A stretch of DNA of 63,848 nt, counting the filler, from Globobulimina sp. (lineage: Eukaryota): the NCBI GenBank assembly GCA_003354225.1. It is 42 parts of 42 records of this genome, joined end to end, with 100 filler letters (N's around TTAATTAATTAA, not from the genome) between each part and the next. Parts side by side here need not be neighbours in the genome. Positions count along the whole stretch, not along the records: positions 22,850 to 24,272 come from PIVH01016909.1; positions 24,373 to 25,795 come from PIVH01016910.1; positions 25,896 to 27,318 come from PIVH01016911.1; positions 27,419 to 28,841 come from PIVH01016912.1; positions 28,942 to 30,364 come from PIVH01016913.1; positions 30,465 to 31,887 come from PIVH01016914.1; positions 31,988 to 33,410 come from PIVH01016915.1; positions 33,511 to 34,933 come from PIVH01016916.1; 34 more parts are not named here. One strand, 5' to 3'. Positions 23,530 through 36,556 of the stretch are shown piece by piece. The translations under genes and the position numbers were made by a program. Position 1 is the first letter of the stretch. Each line of letters starts with the position of its first letter. Below the pieces are notes generated by a model. The model worked only from the letters and a program-made list of their open reading frames with translations, made no database searches and had not been told where the DNA came from.

Positions 23530-24272
23530 ATGTCAGCAGATGAAAAACAGTCCGATACAAAAGAAGGAGAAGATTTATCACGTGCATTGCTAAAATTATA
23601 TCGTTTAGCATATGAGTCGATGCTAAATGATAACAACAATTATGTAAAGACTGCATATGACGGAATTGCCAACGAATTTACAGCAATATTTAAATCTTTA
23701 GCACCACCAAAATCATACAAAAGCTTAATTGCAATCATCGCAAATCTTTTATCCAATGCTAAAAATGCGTATATTTATGGTGCTCGAAACGAAATTACAG
23801 AAGAAAAAGACCCAAAAGTAGCATTAGTTGAATACTGCGAAGCTGATAATATCGATTTTGCCATATTATATTTATTGAATCATAAGTTCCGTTTGCAAGA
23901 CTTATGTAAAACTATCGTTAATTATGTGCACAAAGTAAGCGCCGGTTGGAGCTCTTATAGTTATGCCGCAATTCACAAAGTAATATCAAATATAAATCGA
24001 AGTGCGTGGACCTATCAAAACAAAGAAGAGATTGCCACACAATTTGGCATAGAAAAAGTGGATTGGAATTTAGATGATGAAACAAAGGAGAAAATGAAAA
24101 AAAGAAACAAACCAAAAGAAGACATCCGTGATAAATATATTGCCAATGTCATCAACAGCAAATATGGGAAAACAGTGTTTTTAATTGAAATGTTATTACG
24201 CGAACACTGCTCAACGGCCATTAAAAGTAATGCCAGCGGCTGGAGAGTGTCCGCAAAAAATGAAACTGTTTT
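23530..24272 (+). CDS. Hypothetical protein, truncated by contig end
   Basis: Long ATG-initiated ORF after an AT-rich upstream region; no recognised motif. Confidence 0.5.
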
Positions 24273-24600
24273 NNNNNNNNNNNNNNNNNNNNNNNNNNNN
24301 NNNNNNNNNNNNNNNNTTAATTAATTAANNNNNNNNNNNNNNNNNNNNNNNNNNNNNNNNNNNNNNNNNNNNCGTCGTACGTCAATGGTAACTGTCTGCA
24401 GATGATATTATTGACATAATCTAATAATGAGTCATCTTTTGATATGAAATTAAATCCGGTTCCAGTTTTATTGACATCTCCATGTAACTGGTCAATATAC
24501 GTAATTATGCCGTCCGTATTGCCCTCGATTCGATCTAAAGAGTGATAAAATGAATTATCTGTGAAATAATAAGAATACGACGACGACTGAAATGACACGG

Positions 24601-25794
24601 TTAACGGGGCCACGGTCGGTAATATTTCTTTTCTGGTTTTAATAGCTTCCGCCTCCTACGATAAATCCATATACGGTCTGCAATTCTGTCATTAATGTAT
24701 ACTTTATCGAATACAATGCGGGGATGGTACTCTTCATTTAATGTCTGTTGATGTGCGATGGCATTCGCAACCCATTTCGTACCACGCGCAGCTTGGGCTA
24801 AATGATATTTCCTTATCATGCTTTCCTCTCTGGTGGCTGGATCCGTATATGCTTTGGTTTTGGTGATTGGTTGCGATGGTTGCCATGCGATGTGTTGCTG
24901 GTTATAATCAATTTTCAATTCATCATAATCACTGAACGATGTTACTGCATCTGGAACTATCGAGGTAGTGCAGGCAATTTCAATGGAGTCAGCTGAGGCA
25001 GGGACATCTTTAATGCCTTTGATATACTGCAAATTATTAATATTATCGCCCGGATTCTGGATTGAAAACAGTTTCGTTGTTTTAATGCTTCTCTCGTCGC
25101 CATCTAAAGGTTGGTCAGAATCTGTAAACGTTCTTTTGAGGGGATTGGGTTTTGAATGGATGTGGGCAATCTTTTCAATATCAGGAGAGCGATTCGGGAA
25201 TGGGATCAATTCGTCGTCATCATCATCAAATGAGAAATCTGCATTTACTATGTATGGGGTATATGGTATTGGATAGGTATTATTGTTATATTTTGGCAAT
25301 ATACTTTTATTTTGTATATATACCTTTTTGTTCTTGTGCCATTTGAAAAAGTATGGTCTTTGGTTTGCGTTTGGGAGAGGAGAATGTATAGGAGTCAGTA
25401 AGAAGGAGTTTTGGAAGATGAGAAGAAGGAGTTTTGTTTTTGATTTGTTGACAAAAAACTGTCGACTGTAAGATGAGTAATTATTTGGTAACGTTTTTCT
25501 AGTTGTTTGCTCGCAATGAGTGGCGTTAAGTATCTCGCTTCGATGTGTATAATACACAACGATAAAGTGAAATGTGTATAGAAACAAATAAAGAATGGAA
25601 ATGTAGATAACAAGATAGTAATAAAGAAGGTACAAACAGATACAAAATATGGACGTATCATATTCCGTGTGAACCATGTTGCTTTGAACAAGGAAATCAG
25701 GCAAAACACAAAGGTGTGCTGATAGCCTTGTACATTCAATGCGAATGTTTCTGAAAAATACGGGTGTTTCAATGTGTGTTTGTGGTGTCTTCAT
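24601..25794 (-). CDS. Hypothetical protein; true start uncertain
   Basis: 397-codon ORF; only the 3' half looks compositionally coding. Confidence 0.35.
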   Translation of the reverse strand: MKTPQTHIETPVFFRNIRIECTRLSAHLCVLPDFLVQSNMVHTEYDTSIFCICLYLLYYYLVIYISILYLFLYTFHFIVVYYTHRSEILNATHCEQTTRKTLPNNYSSYSRQFFVNKSKTKLLLLIFQNSFLLTPIHSPLPNANQRPYFFKWHKNKKVYIQNKSILPKYNNNTYPIPYTPYIVNADFSFDDDDDELIPFPNRSPDIEKIAHIHSKPNPLKRTFTDSDQPLDGDERSIKTTKLFSIQNPGDNINNLQYIKGIKDVPASADSIEIACTTSIVPDAVTSFSDYDELKIDYNQQHIAWQPSQPITKTKAYTDPATREESMIRKYHLAQAARGTKWVANAIAHQQTLNEEYHPRIVFDKVYINDRIADRIWIYRRRRKLLKPEKKYYRPWPR

Positions 25795-25902
25795 TNNNNN
25801 NNNNNNNNNNNNNNNNNNNNNNNNNNNNNNNNNNNNNNNTTAATTAATTAANNNNNNNNNNNNNNNNNNNNNNNNNNNNNNNNNNNNNNNNNNNNAAATG
25901 CC

Positions 25903-27006
25903 ATGCAGAATATAGATGGCATGCAACGGATAAGTTTGTCGGAGATGTTTACGGTAAACGATCTTATTCAAAGCAAACTGGTAAATGTAATATACGGGGC
26001 GACGGGAACGGTGTTTTTATTGTCCATTGCGCATTTATCTGACAATGCATATTGCCCAAATCCTGTAATACAACGAGGCAGTTTGGTTAAGGGCGTAATA
26101 GGAACAGTTATGAAGGACTGTGGCATTGGGCTGTGGTTAACAGATACCATCAAAGGCCGAATAAAGTATGATGCGAAGGTAGGAAATATTGGCATTGGCG
26201 CGGTGTTGCGCAATTTGCGAGTAATATCGATGCAGTCTGAATATATGATGTTCGAGTTGGAGATGGCCGATAATGCGATACGTATTGGTGATTTGATTGA
26301 TGTTACATTTGAGAGTGAGAATAATGAGGGCATTCATGTTTCGATACCTAATGTAAGTTATTCGCGGGGCATTATTGAGAACGTATTGGAATCTAAGAAA
26401 TGTAAAATGAAAAGCGGTGATATTATTAATTGTACTGTAATTAGAATTGTTGGTAATAGTAATAATAATAAACAAATGGTGTATTTAAAAGTAACCGAGA
26501 ATGCGGGAAATGATAATGAGTCGTATGAGTATGAGTATGAGTATGAGGATGAGATTGTGTTTGATAAAGCAAATAATAATGGAATTGATGCAACCTCAGA
26601 CCACAGTGTCGATGATGTTGTACCTATTGTTATTGCACAGAAAAAGAATAAAGGTGGGAGGCCCAAAAAAAATGGATTTGATAAAGTTAAACGAATTATT
26701 GAAAAATTAATGCCTCAATTAATAGGCCGCGAAATTGAATATAAGGATAAATTTGAAAATAATAAAATAATGGTAAAAATTGTGCCAGCAATCCCGGATT
26801 CCCGTTGTGCTAACAATAAAAAAAACGAATGGTTTGATGCATTGGTTGAAGAACAACCGCATAAAAAAAGGATAACTGTAAACGGAGTGGTTAAAGAACA
26901 TGTTGTATTTAAAGACTTAATATGTGGTAATATGTTGGTTTCGAAAAGAGCTCAAACCCATATTAAAGACCACTTGAGATTTTGGTGTAGTGCTAAATCA
27001 AAGTAA
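25903..27006 (+). CDS. Protein with degenerate S1/OB-fold repeats (Rrp5-like) and an AT-hook-like GGRPKK
   Basis: LSEMFTVNDLI, RGSLVKGVI, IGDLIDV and KSGDIINCTVIRIV resemble S1 repeats. Confidence 0.4.
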   Translation: MQNIDGMQRISLSEMFTVNDLIQSKLVNVIYGATGTVFLLSIAHLSDNAYCPNPVIQRGSLVKGVIGTVMKDCGIGLWLTDTIKGRIKYDAKVGNIGIGAVLRNLRVISMQSEYMMFELEMADNAIRIGDLIDVTFESENNEGIHVSIPNVSYSRGIIENVLESKKCKMKSGDIINCTVIRIVGNSNNNKQMVYLKVTENAGNDNESYEYEYEYEDEIVFDKANNNGIDATSDHSVDDVVPIVIAQKKNKGGRPKKNGFDKVKRIIEKLMPQLIGREIEYKDKFENNKIMVKIVPAIPDSRCANNKKNEWFDALVEEQPHKKRITVNGVVKEHVVFKDLICGNMLVSKRAQTHIKDHLRFWCSAKSK

Positions 27007-27051
27007 ATTGTTATTTTTTCTTTTTATTTTTTCTACTTTATTTTTTCTTTT

Positions 27052-27318
27052 TTATTGTTTAATCAAACTTTCCAGGATTTTCAAAAATGTGCTCATCATA
27101 CAACAAATAGTAAAAATATCTCTCGCATCGCATGGAATAGAATCAAATATATTTTGTGCTGAATGTATTTCTTTACACGAGCCGTAAAAATTAATTAACG
27201 TATTTTTTATTGCTGTATTTTTATTGTACAAATATCGCATTTTATTATTCATTATTATTTTTGAATGGATCTCTTTTCCTTTAAACAAATATTTTAAGTT
27301 TGTACAGGCGACAATGGC
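27052..27318 (-). CDS. Pentatricopeptide repeat (PPR) protein fragment
   Basis: KGKEIH..IKNTLINFYGSCKEIHSAQNIFDSI fits the PPR consensus. Confidence 0.7.
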   Translation of the reverse strand, partial: AIVACTNLKYLFKGKEIHSKIIMNNKMRYLYNKNTAIKNTLINFYGSCKEIHSAQNIFDSIPCDARDIFTICCMMSTFLKILESLIKQ

Positions 27319-27522
27319 NNNNNNNNNNNNNNNNNNNNNNNNNNNNNNNNNNNNNNNNNNNNTTAATTAATTAANNNNNNNNNNNNNNNNNNNNNNNNNN
27401 NNNNNNNNNNNNNNNNNNAAACAGTAGTATTGTTGCCATGTACCATAAATTCAAATGCTTCAAATTATACAAGAAAAACTTTTCAACAAAAACTTCTAGT
27501 CTACGCTCTTTGCAATCAAATA

Positions 27523-28233
27523 ATGAGCGACGAAAAAAAATCAAATGAACCATTGTTTGTGGACACTGTGCATAATCGTTTGATACAACAAGGAAGAATT
27601 TGTTTAGTTGTTTGGGGAAAAGATTACAGAAAACTTGTATGTATCGTTGATTTTATTGACCGTAATCGAGTTTTAGTTGATGGCGGAAATGGTAAATTAT
27701 CAAATATTGCGAGAGTTGCTTTACCAATGCGTTGGTTGCAAGTGACAAAATTTAGAGTTCAGTGTTGTATTAATTGAAAACGTGAGTCATCATAAATGAA
27801 TAAAAATGAATAATAAAAGTTAAACATAGAACGAGCCGCATCATCCATCCAAGTCTCAGAAATAGCAGAAGAGTCAAATGTGATTAATGAATATAACAAA
27901 TCAGCAATGGGCCGAAGAAATGTATGCATTAAAAAAAAACAAGCATTAAATGATTTTGGTCGATTTAAATTACATTTTATTAAAGGACAATTTAAAAAGG
28001 CCGTGTCCAGAGAATTAATGCAATTAAGAGGTGATCAAAAAAAACTTGATGTTAAGGAATTAATGAAAAAAGAATCGATAAAAAAATCAACACATCCAGT
28101 CTTAAGAAGAGTTGTTGGTAAATTTAGAAGAAAATTAGAATCGCGTATTCGAAAGAAACAAATGGTTCGGAAACGAAGATTAAGAAAACAAAGGATTTAT
28201 TTTAAAAAAGCAAACAAGCAAAGAAGTAAATAG
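27523..28233 (+). CDS. RPL14: 60S ribosomal protein L14 (eL14); intron 27757-27819
   Basis: GRICLV..LVCIVDFIDRNRVLVDG; spliced TKFR|LNIERAA; LNDFGRFK; basic tail. Confidence 0.85.
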
Positions 28234-28263
28234 TCCAAATACAATACAATACAATGCATTGAC

Positions 28264-28841
28264 TCAGTCGCTAACTCCTTGTAATTGTATATTAAATACA
28301 ATTGGTGTATTTGGTGCTATATTGATACATGAATTTGAATTTATTTTCCCAGTTCTTGAATATGCTAAGTCTGATGGTATAAATATTTGCTTCTCTTCAC
28401 CAATTCGCATATTTACAATTGACTCTGAAATGCCTGGAATAACAGAATTTAAATTAAATTTCGTTGCTTTATTTGAGTGTTTTGTTGATGTAAATACCGT
28501 TCCATCCAATAATGATCCTTCATAATTCACATAGACACAAGATTTGCGACTTTTTACTTTCTCACCATATCCTTTTTTTAATATTTTGTATTGCAATCCT
28601 GACTCCAATGTTATTATATTTGTTTCTTTCGAATTTTTCTCAAAAAACTCATCATTCAAATAAGATTTTATTGAATAATTTGAACCCGGAATAAATAAAA
28701 AAAATACAAATAATCCATACATTGTAAATACAAATCCTCGCGCATATCTTTCATTTCTTGTTACAATTGTTTTTTTCCGTGGATCAAAATTTTTATTTTT
28801 ACGCGATATAAAACGCGCAAAAAAATTATCTCTTTGTGAGA
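28264..28841 (-). CDS. FKBP-type peptidyl-prolyl isomerase, 5' partial
   Basis: TLESGLQYKILKKG, VNYEGSLLDGTVF, VIPG, MRIGE, IPSDLAY; frame stays open to the contig edge. Confidence 0.9.
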
Positions 28842-28978
28842 NNNNNNNNNNNNNNNNNNNNNNNNNNNNNNNNNNNNNNNNNNNNTTAATTAATTAANNN
28901 NNNNNNNNNNNNNNNNNNNNNNNNNNNNNNNNNNNNNNNNNAACAGCGATGTTTATTTTTTTATAACCAAACAAACGG

Positions 28979-30312
28979 TCAAAACTGAAGAGGTCTGACT
29001 GCTAAGAAAGCATCAACAATATCATCCGTCACCAATCTCCTATTTTTCTGAAACGTCAAAATGATTGGAATTAACGTATCACATAAGATTTGTTTGACTT
29101 CCCCAGTCAACAACTTTCCGCTTCCATACTTCTCTCCGATTTCCTTCAACTTGGCATCATCCTCCATAAAAAACGTCAGATACTGATAAGCCGTATCAAT
29201 CTCCAAATTGGCACCATGTTTCCGCTGCAACTCTGCCGTATCGCCGCCACCGCTAAACGCATATTTCATAATTTTCTTTCGAATTACTTCCGGCGTATCA
29301 TTCAAATAAATGGCAGAGCTGCCAATGGAAGCGGACATTTTGCCTTTTGGCCCCCTCAAACCAGGTATAAATTTGCTATACAACGTGGCGCCTTTATACT
29401 CATTCAGCTTGGGCGCCACATCCCGAGTCATTCGAAAATAGGGATCCTGGTCAATGGCACACGGAATCAGGCACATCATATCCGTAATGCCGCCGAATGG
29501 AATCGGGAATGTAGACGCAAACGCAGGCACCGCCTGGATGGCTGGATACGCGATCTTGCCGCAACTCGGAGAGCTCACGCCGTCCGCTTCAAAGCCAAAG
29601 ATTGACTTCAATTGGTTGTAGCTCACCTTTTCCTGCACGCGGCATACATTGGGATATAGATATTGAATGTACTCCGTATCCATGAAAATGAACGTTTTGG
29701 TGATGTCGAAGCCCAAAGCTATGATATCTTTGATGTTTTCGCGCGCCAATCTTTTGCTCATAGCCAAAGAAGTTATGGATTGCTTCCAAAAGAATTTCTC
29801 GTCGTCGGTGATTTGAATGACCATCGGCACATTGAACAGATCCTGCAAATGTTTGTTGATTATGAATGGGATCATATGGCCCAAATGCATGGATTCTGAG
29901 CTGGGGCCTTTGTATGGTGAGGAGACAGAATTTGTGTTGGAAATTTCTCAGATTTTTCGGAATGTAGTGACTGTGACAGACCTCGTCCAGTGTAGAGATA
30001 CCATGGCCTGCCTTTTTGATGGCAGTTTAAGATTTTATCAAAATCGCGATGTGCGTAATATAATTTACGACGGATCATTGGATGGACGCGTTTGTTTGTT
30101 AATTGTTGCATTTTGGCAATCATACCATCAGTGACTAGATCACATCCGAATTGAACGCATAACTTCTCGTAATCGACTTTGCCAGAGACGTCGGTGCCAG
30201 TTACTTTCATTTCGTCTTCGTTTTCTATGGAGTCATCATCGGTTTTGTGTGGTTTGCTGGGCTGCGAATGCAGTTGTTTTAACAAATCGTTGACTGCTTT
30301 AAGAGACGACAT
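28979..30312 (-). CDS. WARS1: Cytosolic tryptophanyl-tRNA synthetase; intron 29908-29981
   Basis: Spliced LYTGRG|PSS..MHLGH; QITDDEK; AIDQDPYFR; KMSAS. Confidence 0.95.
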
Positions 30313-30464
30313 GAGGTTAAAGTTGTTTTGATTTCTTATAAATTAAAAAACTTCAAGTTCTCCANNNNNNNNNNNNNNNNNNNNNNNNNNNNNNNNNNNN
30401 NNNNNNNNTTAATTAATTAANNNNNNNNNNNNNNNNNNNNNNNNNNNNNNNNNNNNNNNNNNNN

Positions 30465-31450
30465 TGCCACATTGCAATCCACAAAATAACTCCCACCATA
30501 TTTGCGAAACTCAGCATCAGTAATACTCACCGTTCGAATGGTTGTAGCAGCGCCTTGACTCACTGTTTTTGCTACATTCAAAGAGCCAGTATACGGTGAG
30601 ACAAACCGAACAATTCTGCCAACCGTTGGATTATAGTTATCACAAAATTCTTTCGCTAACTGTGTCACTATGCCGCCAGGATGGAGTGACACTGCATATA
30701 CATTATTGCTACAATATCGATCATTGAATTCTTTTGCAAACAATATATTTGCTGCTTTACTAAATCCATAACTATAAAACATTGAATGTAAAGATTTATT
30801 TTGAATCATTTGTCCACTTTCTAAATAGGGATAGATTGGCTGTGGTGACCTTAAATGACTTTTACTCGCTACTGAAATCACTCTGGATATTATATTTGAT
30901 TCGGCTGCAGTTTGTATCAATAAATCCGTTAATAATTGAGTCAGATAAAAATGTCCAACATGGTTAACACCAAAAACGCTTTCAATTCCATCCACAGTTG
31001 CTTTCCATTCCACTTTTGCTGCAATTCCTGCATTCAAAATGAGATAATTTAACTTGTTATACTTATTTTTAAATGCAATTGCAAATGTTTTGATTGATTG
31101 TAATGATCCTAAATCAACTAATAATATATCTATATTGTCTGACAATTGTTGTCTATTAATTTATGTATGATGTCTGCTTTGGCAGTTTGTGCTTTTTTTC
31201 TATTTCTGCATGCCATAATTACTGTGGCTCCATGTGATAACAGTACACTTGCTGTCGGTTTCCCAATTCCAGTATTTGCACCGGTGACGATAATTACTTT
31301 GTTTCTTAGATCTATATTGGAAGCTGCTGTCTCTGCAGTTGTATTTCTGTTATATTCTCGTTGGTCGCCATATTGCAACCACAGTTGAAATAGTATGGCT
31401 ATTAATATGATGAATGTGGCGCAATACCCCAGTCTTAGGCAAGATGTCAT
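30465..31450 (-). CDS. Short-chain dehydrogenase/reductase (RDH/WWOX-like) with a 1-nt frameshift near 31155
   Basis: VTGANTGIG and MACRN in one frame; DLGSL, LILNAG, VNHVGHF, YGFSK and LHPG in the next. Confidence 0.85.
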
Positions 31451-32012
31451 TACAGTCAAGAGAAAAAACTAGAACTGATTGCAAAAAGATGATAAAGAAT
31501 AATCTATACAATTCAGTTCGTATTTGTACATAGTATTAAACAATTAATTTTCAAATTTTATATCAACTTTTTTCTTGGCATCCTCCACATCCTTTGCATT
31601 TTTTGGATAGGCATAAACTCTGAACTCTGCATCATAAAAATGAAATTCTGTGATAATGCCGCGATCCTCATCAAAATATGGCAAAAATAACTCTCCAACT
31701 TTAGTCCCTTGCTGATATGTCATTGGATTCAACTCATTGCTTTTTAATATTTCAACTAAACAATTTCTGCCTATAGAGAAGTTAACGTTGCTCGCACCTC
31801 ATCCCTTGCAATGCGTTATTTTTCTCAGTTGAAATAACAAAGCATACACTTTTTTAGCTTATCACCAAATGCCACAATATCATCATTNNNNNNNNNNNNN
31901 NNNNNNNNNNNNNNNNNNNNNNNNNNNNNNNTTAATTAATTAANNNNNNNNNNNNNNNNNNNNNNNNNNNNNNNNNNNNNNNNNNNNAAAGCATTTATTT
32001 CAAGCATGGTCC

Positions 32013-32861
32013 ATGCCGCGGGATAAAATATTCCAACCTTCATTGGATGGCAATGTGTCGTGTACGAACAAGGAATGTGGCGGTATTCATTACAAACAAA
32101 TAAATGACGAATATATTGCAGTGATTTGTCATTTTATGAGCTGTAATATTACGGATTCTACATTGATTTCATTGTCATGTTTTTTGAGGATTACTTTATT
32201 TGATTTATATCAGAAGTTGAAAGGTATTGCATTTATAAATGTTAAAGAGAACGCATGCATTTTATTGCAAATATATTTGGACAGAAATGATATTAAATGG
32301 CATGGTTTGAGTGCTTTATTGAATGTTGTATCATTTCCATTTGTTTACGTGGAGTATTTGTCATTGAGCAGAAATATTTTGTTAAACCGGATCGCATCTA
32401 ATTTGATAGCAGAATATCTTGCGACATGTTGGCGGTTACCACATCGCATTAATTTGTGTCATGTGACACTAAGCAGTAAGGATATTAAATGTATATTGAA
32501 TGGAATGTTGAAACGTAATAAGGATAAAATGCGTTTGATTGGTTTAGAAAAGATATTGAAAGCAATGGGAGAAATTGAAGGGGATATAATTTGTGGATTG
32601 GTGATAGAGGACGAGGACAGAGGGAAATTGTATGTTCCTTTAACAATTTACGTGGATAAATCGATTGATACGGAACGTCTAAGTCTTAGTGTGAATGAGA
32701 ATCTCTTTATCTGTACAGGAGCTGATTATAAATATATTGGGCATGGAGAATGTGATGAGAATTATTGTTCTGTGTCAGCAACAATGTCGACAGAGGAAAA
32801 TCTAAAGGTTTCCGCGTTGCCTGCTGTGCATTTATTTGTTGATAAGACTGACAATAAGTAG
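32013..32861 (+). CDS. Hypothetical protein with possible degenerate LRRs
   Basis: 282-aa ORF with IYLDRNDI and LSLSRNIL LRR-like segments. Confidence 0.4.
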   Translation: MPRDKIFQPSLDGNVSCTNKECGGIHYKQINDEYIAVICHFMSCNITDSTLISLSCFLRITLFDLYQKLKGIAFINVKENACILLQIYLDRNDIKWHGLSALLNVVSFPFVYVEYLSLSRNILLNRIASNLIAEYLATCWRLPHRINLCHVTLSSKDIKCILNGMLKRNKDKMRLIGLEKILKAMGEIEGDIICGLVIEDEDRGKLYVPLTIYVDKSIDTERLSLSVNENLFICTGADYKYIGHGECDENYCSVSATMSTEENLKVSALPAVHLFVDKTDNK

Positions 32862-35089
32862 ACAATTAAAAAAAACACTGACAACGATTGTTATTTGATT
32901 GAATTATTTTGATATGAATTTATTCACATCGACATTATCAATAAATTTGTGATGAGATTATGTTATCATCAATCAAATTGATTTCTTAGTGTTTTGAAGA
33001 AGACTTATATAAGATCCTAAACATATATAAGATCAAGGTTTTATTAAGTCATAGCTGAGCGTAGCTAGGTTTTTAGTATGACCTAGAATGACACCTTGCT
33101 ATCAAAACGACATTCACTTGCTATCAATGACACCTTGCTATTTAGAAGTTTGAAAGGATTCACTTGCTATCAAAACGACATTCGATATGAATACTGACAG
33201 TCAAAGCAATCGAGGCGCACATACATACATACAACAAGCATTGCAATAGATCTCATGCAAATCTTATGGATCCATTACAACAGATATATTAAGACTAAAA
33301 ATTATTAAGAAAACAAAAATGATCATGCAATTATTAAGAAAATTCATTGGTGTTACAATTTAATACCATGCAATTGAAATTCTCTAACAGCAAAGCGCCA
33401 GCCACCAGAANNNNNNNNNNNNNNNNNNNNNNNNNNNNNNNNNNNNNNNNNNNNTTAATTAATTAANNNNNNNNNNNNNNNNNNNNNNNNNNNNNNNNNN
33501 NNNNNNNNNNCCCCATGAAATAAGTGGAAGAACGCAATGTAGAACGCAAGTTTGGCTAATGTCAAGACAATACAGATACAAATTACCCAGATTACAAGAA
33601 TTTAATACAAAAGGAAAAGTAAATATAATAATAATCTAGTGATTACAGTTTATGCATAATATATTACACAAATAGCAATTGCGAAAGATTGTTTTGTTGC
33701 CTAAGTTCGAAAGTAGAATTTAAGTTTTTAAATGAATTTTAAATATTAAAGTTTATACAATAATATGGTCGTCTTTTAGATATCCAAAAATGACAAAAAT
33801 GCAAAAAGTATCCATACTGCCATATGCCTACCATATTCCTCCTCCCGTGAAAAAAGTGACATTTCCTGAAATGAATCAAATACATACATGGAATTAAAAA
33901 AAAAGAATAAACTCACTCTAAAAGGGAATACAAATTGAAAATTGATTAAGGAACTATTACATACTCTACTAAGGGGAATGTTATGTGAAGGGAATACCAG
34001 TGGGGAATGTAAAATAAGGAATGTGATAATATTGTACTATTGTTATATTGTGATGTTCATATTATAAAGAATAAGAAAAAGAAGACATTACCGAAAATGC
34101 CGAAAATTTTGACCACAAAAATATCACCAATTAACCAGATTACCATCCACCATATAATCAGTAAACAAGTGACTGTAGGTAGCGACAAGATTTCGTCGTT
34201 GGCACCGGTTACACATCATGAAGGCTTTGATCATAATGTTTTCCAAAGGGTAACGAATTCTGACTAATTGCAACACCACATGTAGCCATCGGTAAACGAA
34301 AACAACATCATTATTGACAAGATCATTGACTTGAATAACAGAAACAAAAAGTAATTTAGTATGGTTTTAACATAAAAATTTTAGTAAGAGGGCATGGTAC
34401 CCATGAAGAAAGAATGGCAAGAAAAGAAAAGAAATTTAGGTCCATTATGTAGACAAAATACTAAAAAGAAACAAAAATATAATGACAAATGGGATGAGTA
34501 CATTGATACTAAACAAACTGTAGGTTCCAGCCACAAAACTTAAGACTTTTCCAGGTTATTCTTGCTACAATTGCATGGAATCCATAGTCAATTTCATCCA
34601 ACCAACCACTTGCACTGACCAGAGGAAAACCATTAAACAGAGTCACCAACTTGGACTTATTGTACCACCAAGTTCCAAAACTGTCTAAACATCCGCTAAA
34701 CCAGGAAAATGTATATAAGTGTGGGGTTCACCCTCATACTGTAACACGTTTCTGACTAAAGTTCCCTGCGTCTGTGGGGGTGTGACTATGTCAAATAACA
34801 AATTTACTCGAAACAGTAGAAAAAGTACTAACAACAAGTCACTGTATAAGCAAAGAAAAAGCCAAAATAATATACTATACAGGAAAACACAAGAAAATAC
34901 ACAAACAACACAAAAACAAAAAGAAAGAAAAATNNNNNNNNNNNNNNNNNNNNNNNNNNNNNNNNNNNNNNNNNNNNTTAATTAATTAANNNNNNNNNNN
35001 NNNNNNNNNNNNNNNNNNNNNNNNNNNNNNNNNGCTGTATTAAAACATTGATACACTTGTTTTTGATACAACATTTTCGATAACAAAGG

Positions 35090-36456
35090 GCACCATCAAT
35101 GCAGATGGAATTACAATGACATGGCAGATGTGCAAGACATCAGTGACCAATTTGACGCACTCAACATTCCAAATGATTTCATTTGGTTAGACATCGAGCA
35201 TACGGACGGCAAACGATATTTTACTTGGGACAAACACAACTTTGCTGCGCCGGATGTCATGTTAGAATACGTAGCTTCCGGCGGCCGCAAAATGGTCACC
35301 ATCGTCGACCCGCACATCAAAGAAGACGCGAACTATTACATCCACTCTGAAATGGACAAATTAGACGTTTGGACTAAAAATCGCGACTCTTCTATCTATT
35401 CCGGTTGGTGCTGGCCAGGCACTTCCCGCTACCCTGACTTCAGTAACCCGGCCATGCGGGATTTTTGGGCACAGCAGTTCCGATATGAAAACTACAAATA
35501 TTCCTCCGCGGCCCTGTTCACTTGGAACGATATGAACGAACCTTCGGTGTTTGACGGGCCTGAAGTGTCCATGCCAGTGTCCAATCTGCATTTCAATAAT
35601 CGCAGACATAACGAAATCCACAATCTCTACGGTTATTACGTGCATTCAGCCACTTTCGATGGCTTACTACAAAGAGATGACTCCAAATACCGACCCTTTG
35701 TGTTGTCTCGCTCTTTTTTCAGTGGCTCGCAGCGTTTTGGTGCAGTGTGGACTGGCGATAACACCGCAAACTGGCAACATTTGCAAGTGTCAGTGGCGAT
35801 GTTGTTGTCGTTGAGTGTGAGCGGTTTGCCCTTTGTTGGAGCCGATATTGGCGGGTTTTTTAATAATCCCGACGGGGAATTGATGGCTCGGTGGTATGAG
35901 TTGGGTGCATATTATCCTTTTTTCCGGAACCATGCTCATCAGGATACGGATAGGAGAGAGTTGTGGCAGTTTGACGATGAGTATCAACTTCGAATGAAGC
36001 ACTCCATTTTGGCGCGTTATAGGATATTGCCGTATATTTATACGCTGTTTTATTTGAGTTTTACTAAATATTCAGCTCCGGTCATGCAACCATTGTGGTA
36101 TGTTTTTGGCGACGATGAGAGTACATTTGATCGAGAGGATGCCTTTATGTTTGGGCCCGCGTTTTATATTCAACCCATTGTAGAAAGTGGCATCACTGAA
36201 ATCGATGTCAATTTGCCACAGAATGCGGAGCGGAATGCTATTTTTTATGAGATTTCCGAGAATAAAGTGAATATTTATGCAGGTGGTGGCAGCTATCATT
36301 TGCATGGATATTCGTCGCGTATTCCGGTGTTGAGGTATGGCGGCACTGTGACAGTGGAAAAGCATCGCATTCGGCGGTCGTCGGCGACTATGACTTATGA
36401 TCCGGTGACGCTTGTTTTTACATTGGATGTGAATGGAAATGCCGATGGCTTCCATT
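35090..36456 (+). CDS. GANAB: GH31 glucosidase II alpha subunit, partial
   Basis: HQCRWNY, WLDIEHTDGKRYFTWD, WNDMNEPSVF, WTGDN and GADIGGF. Confidence 0.92.
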
Positions 36457-36556
36457 NNNNNNNNNNNNNNNNNNNNNNNNNNNNNNNNNNNNNNNNNNNN
36501 TTAATTAATTAANNNNNNNNNNNNNNNNNNNNNNNNNNNNNNNNNNNNNNNNNNNN

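Noticed and set aside
33511-34933. Possible coding or retroelement remnant
   Set aside because: No recognisable motifs or sustained reading frame.
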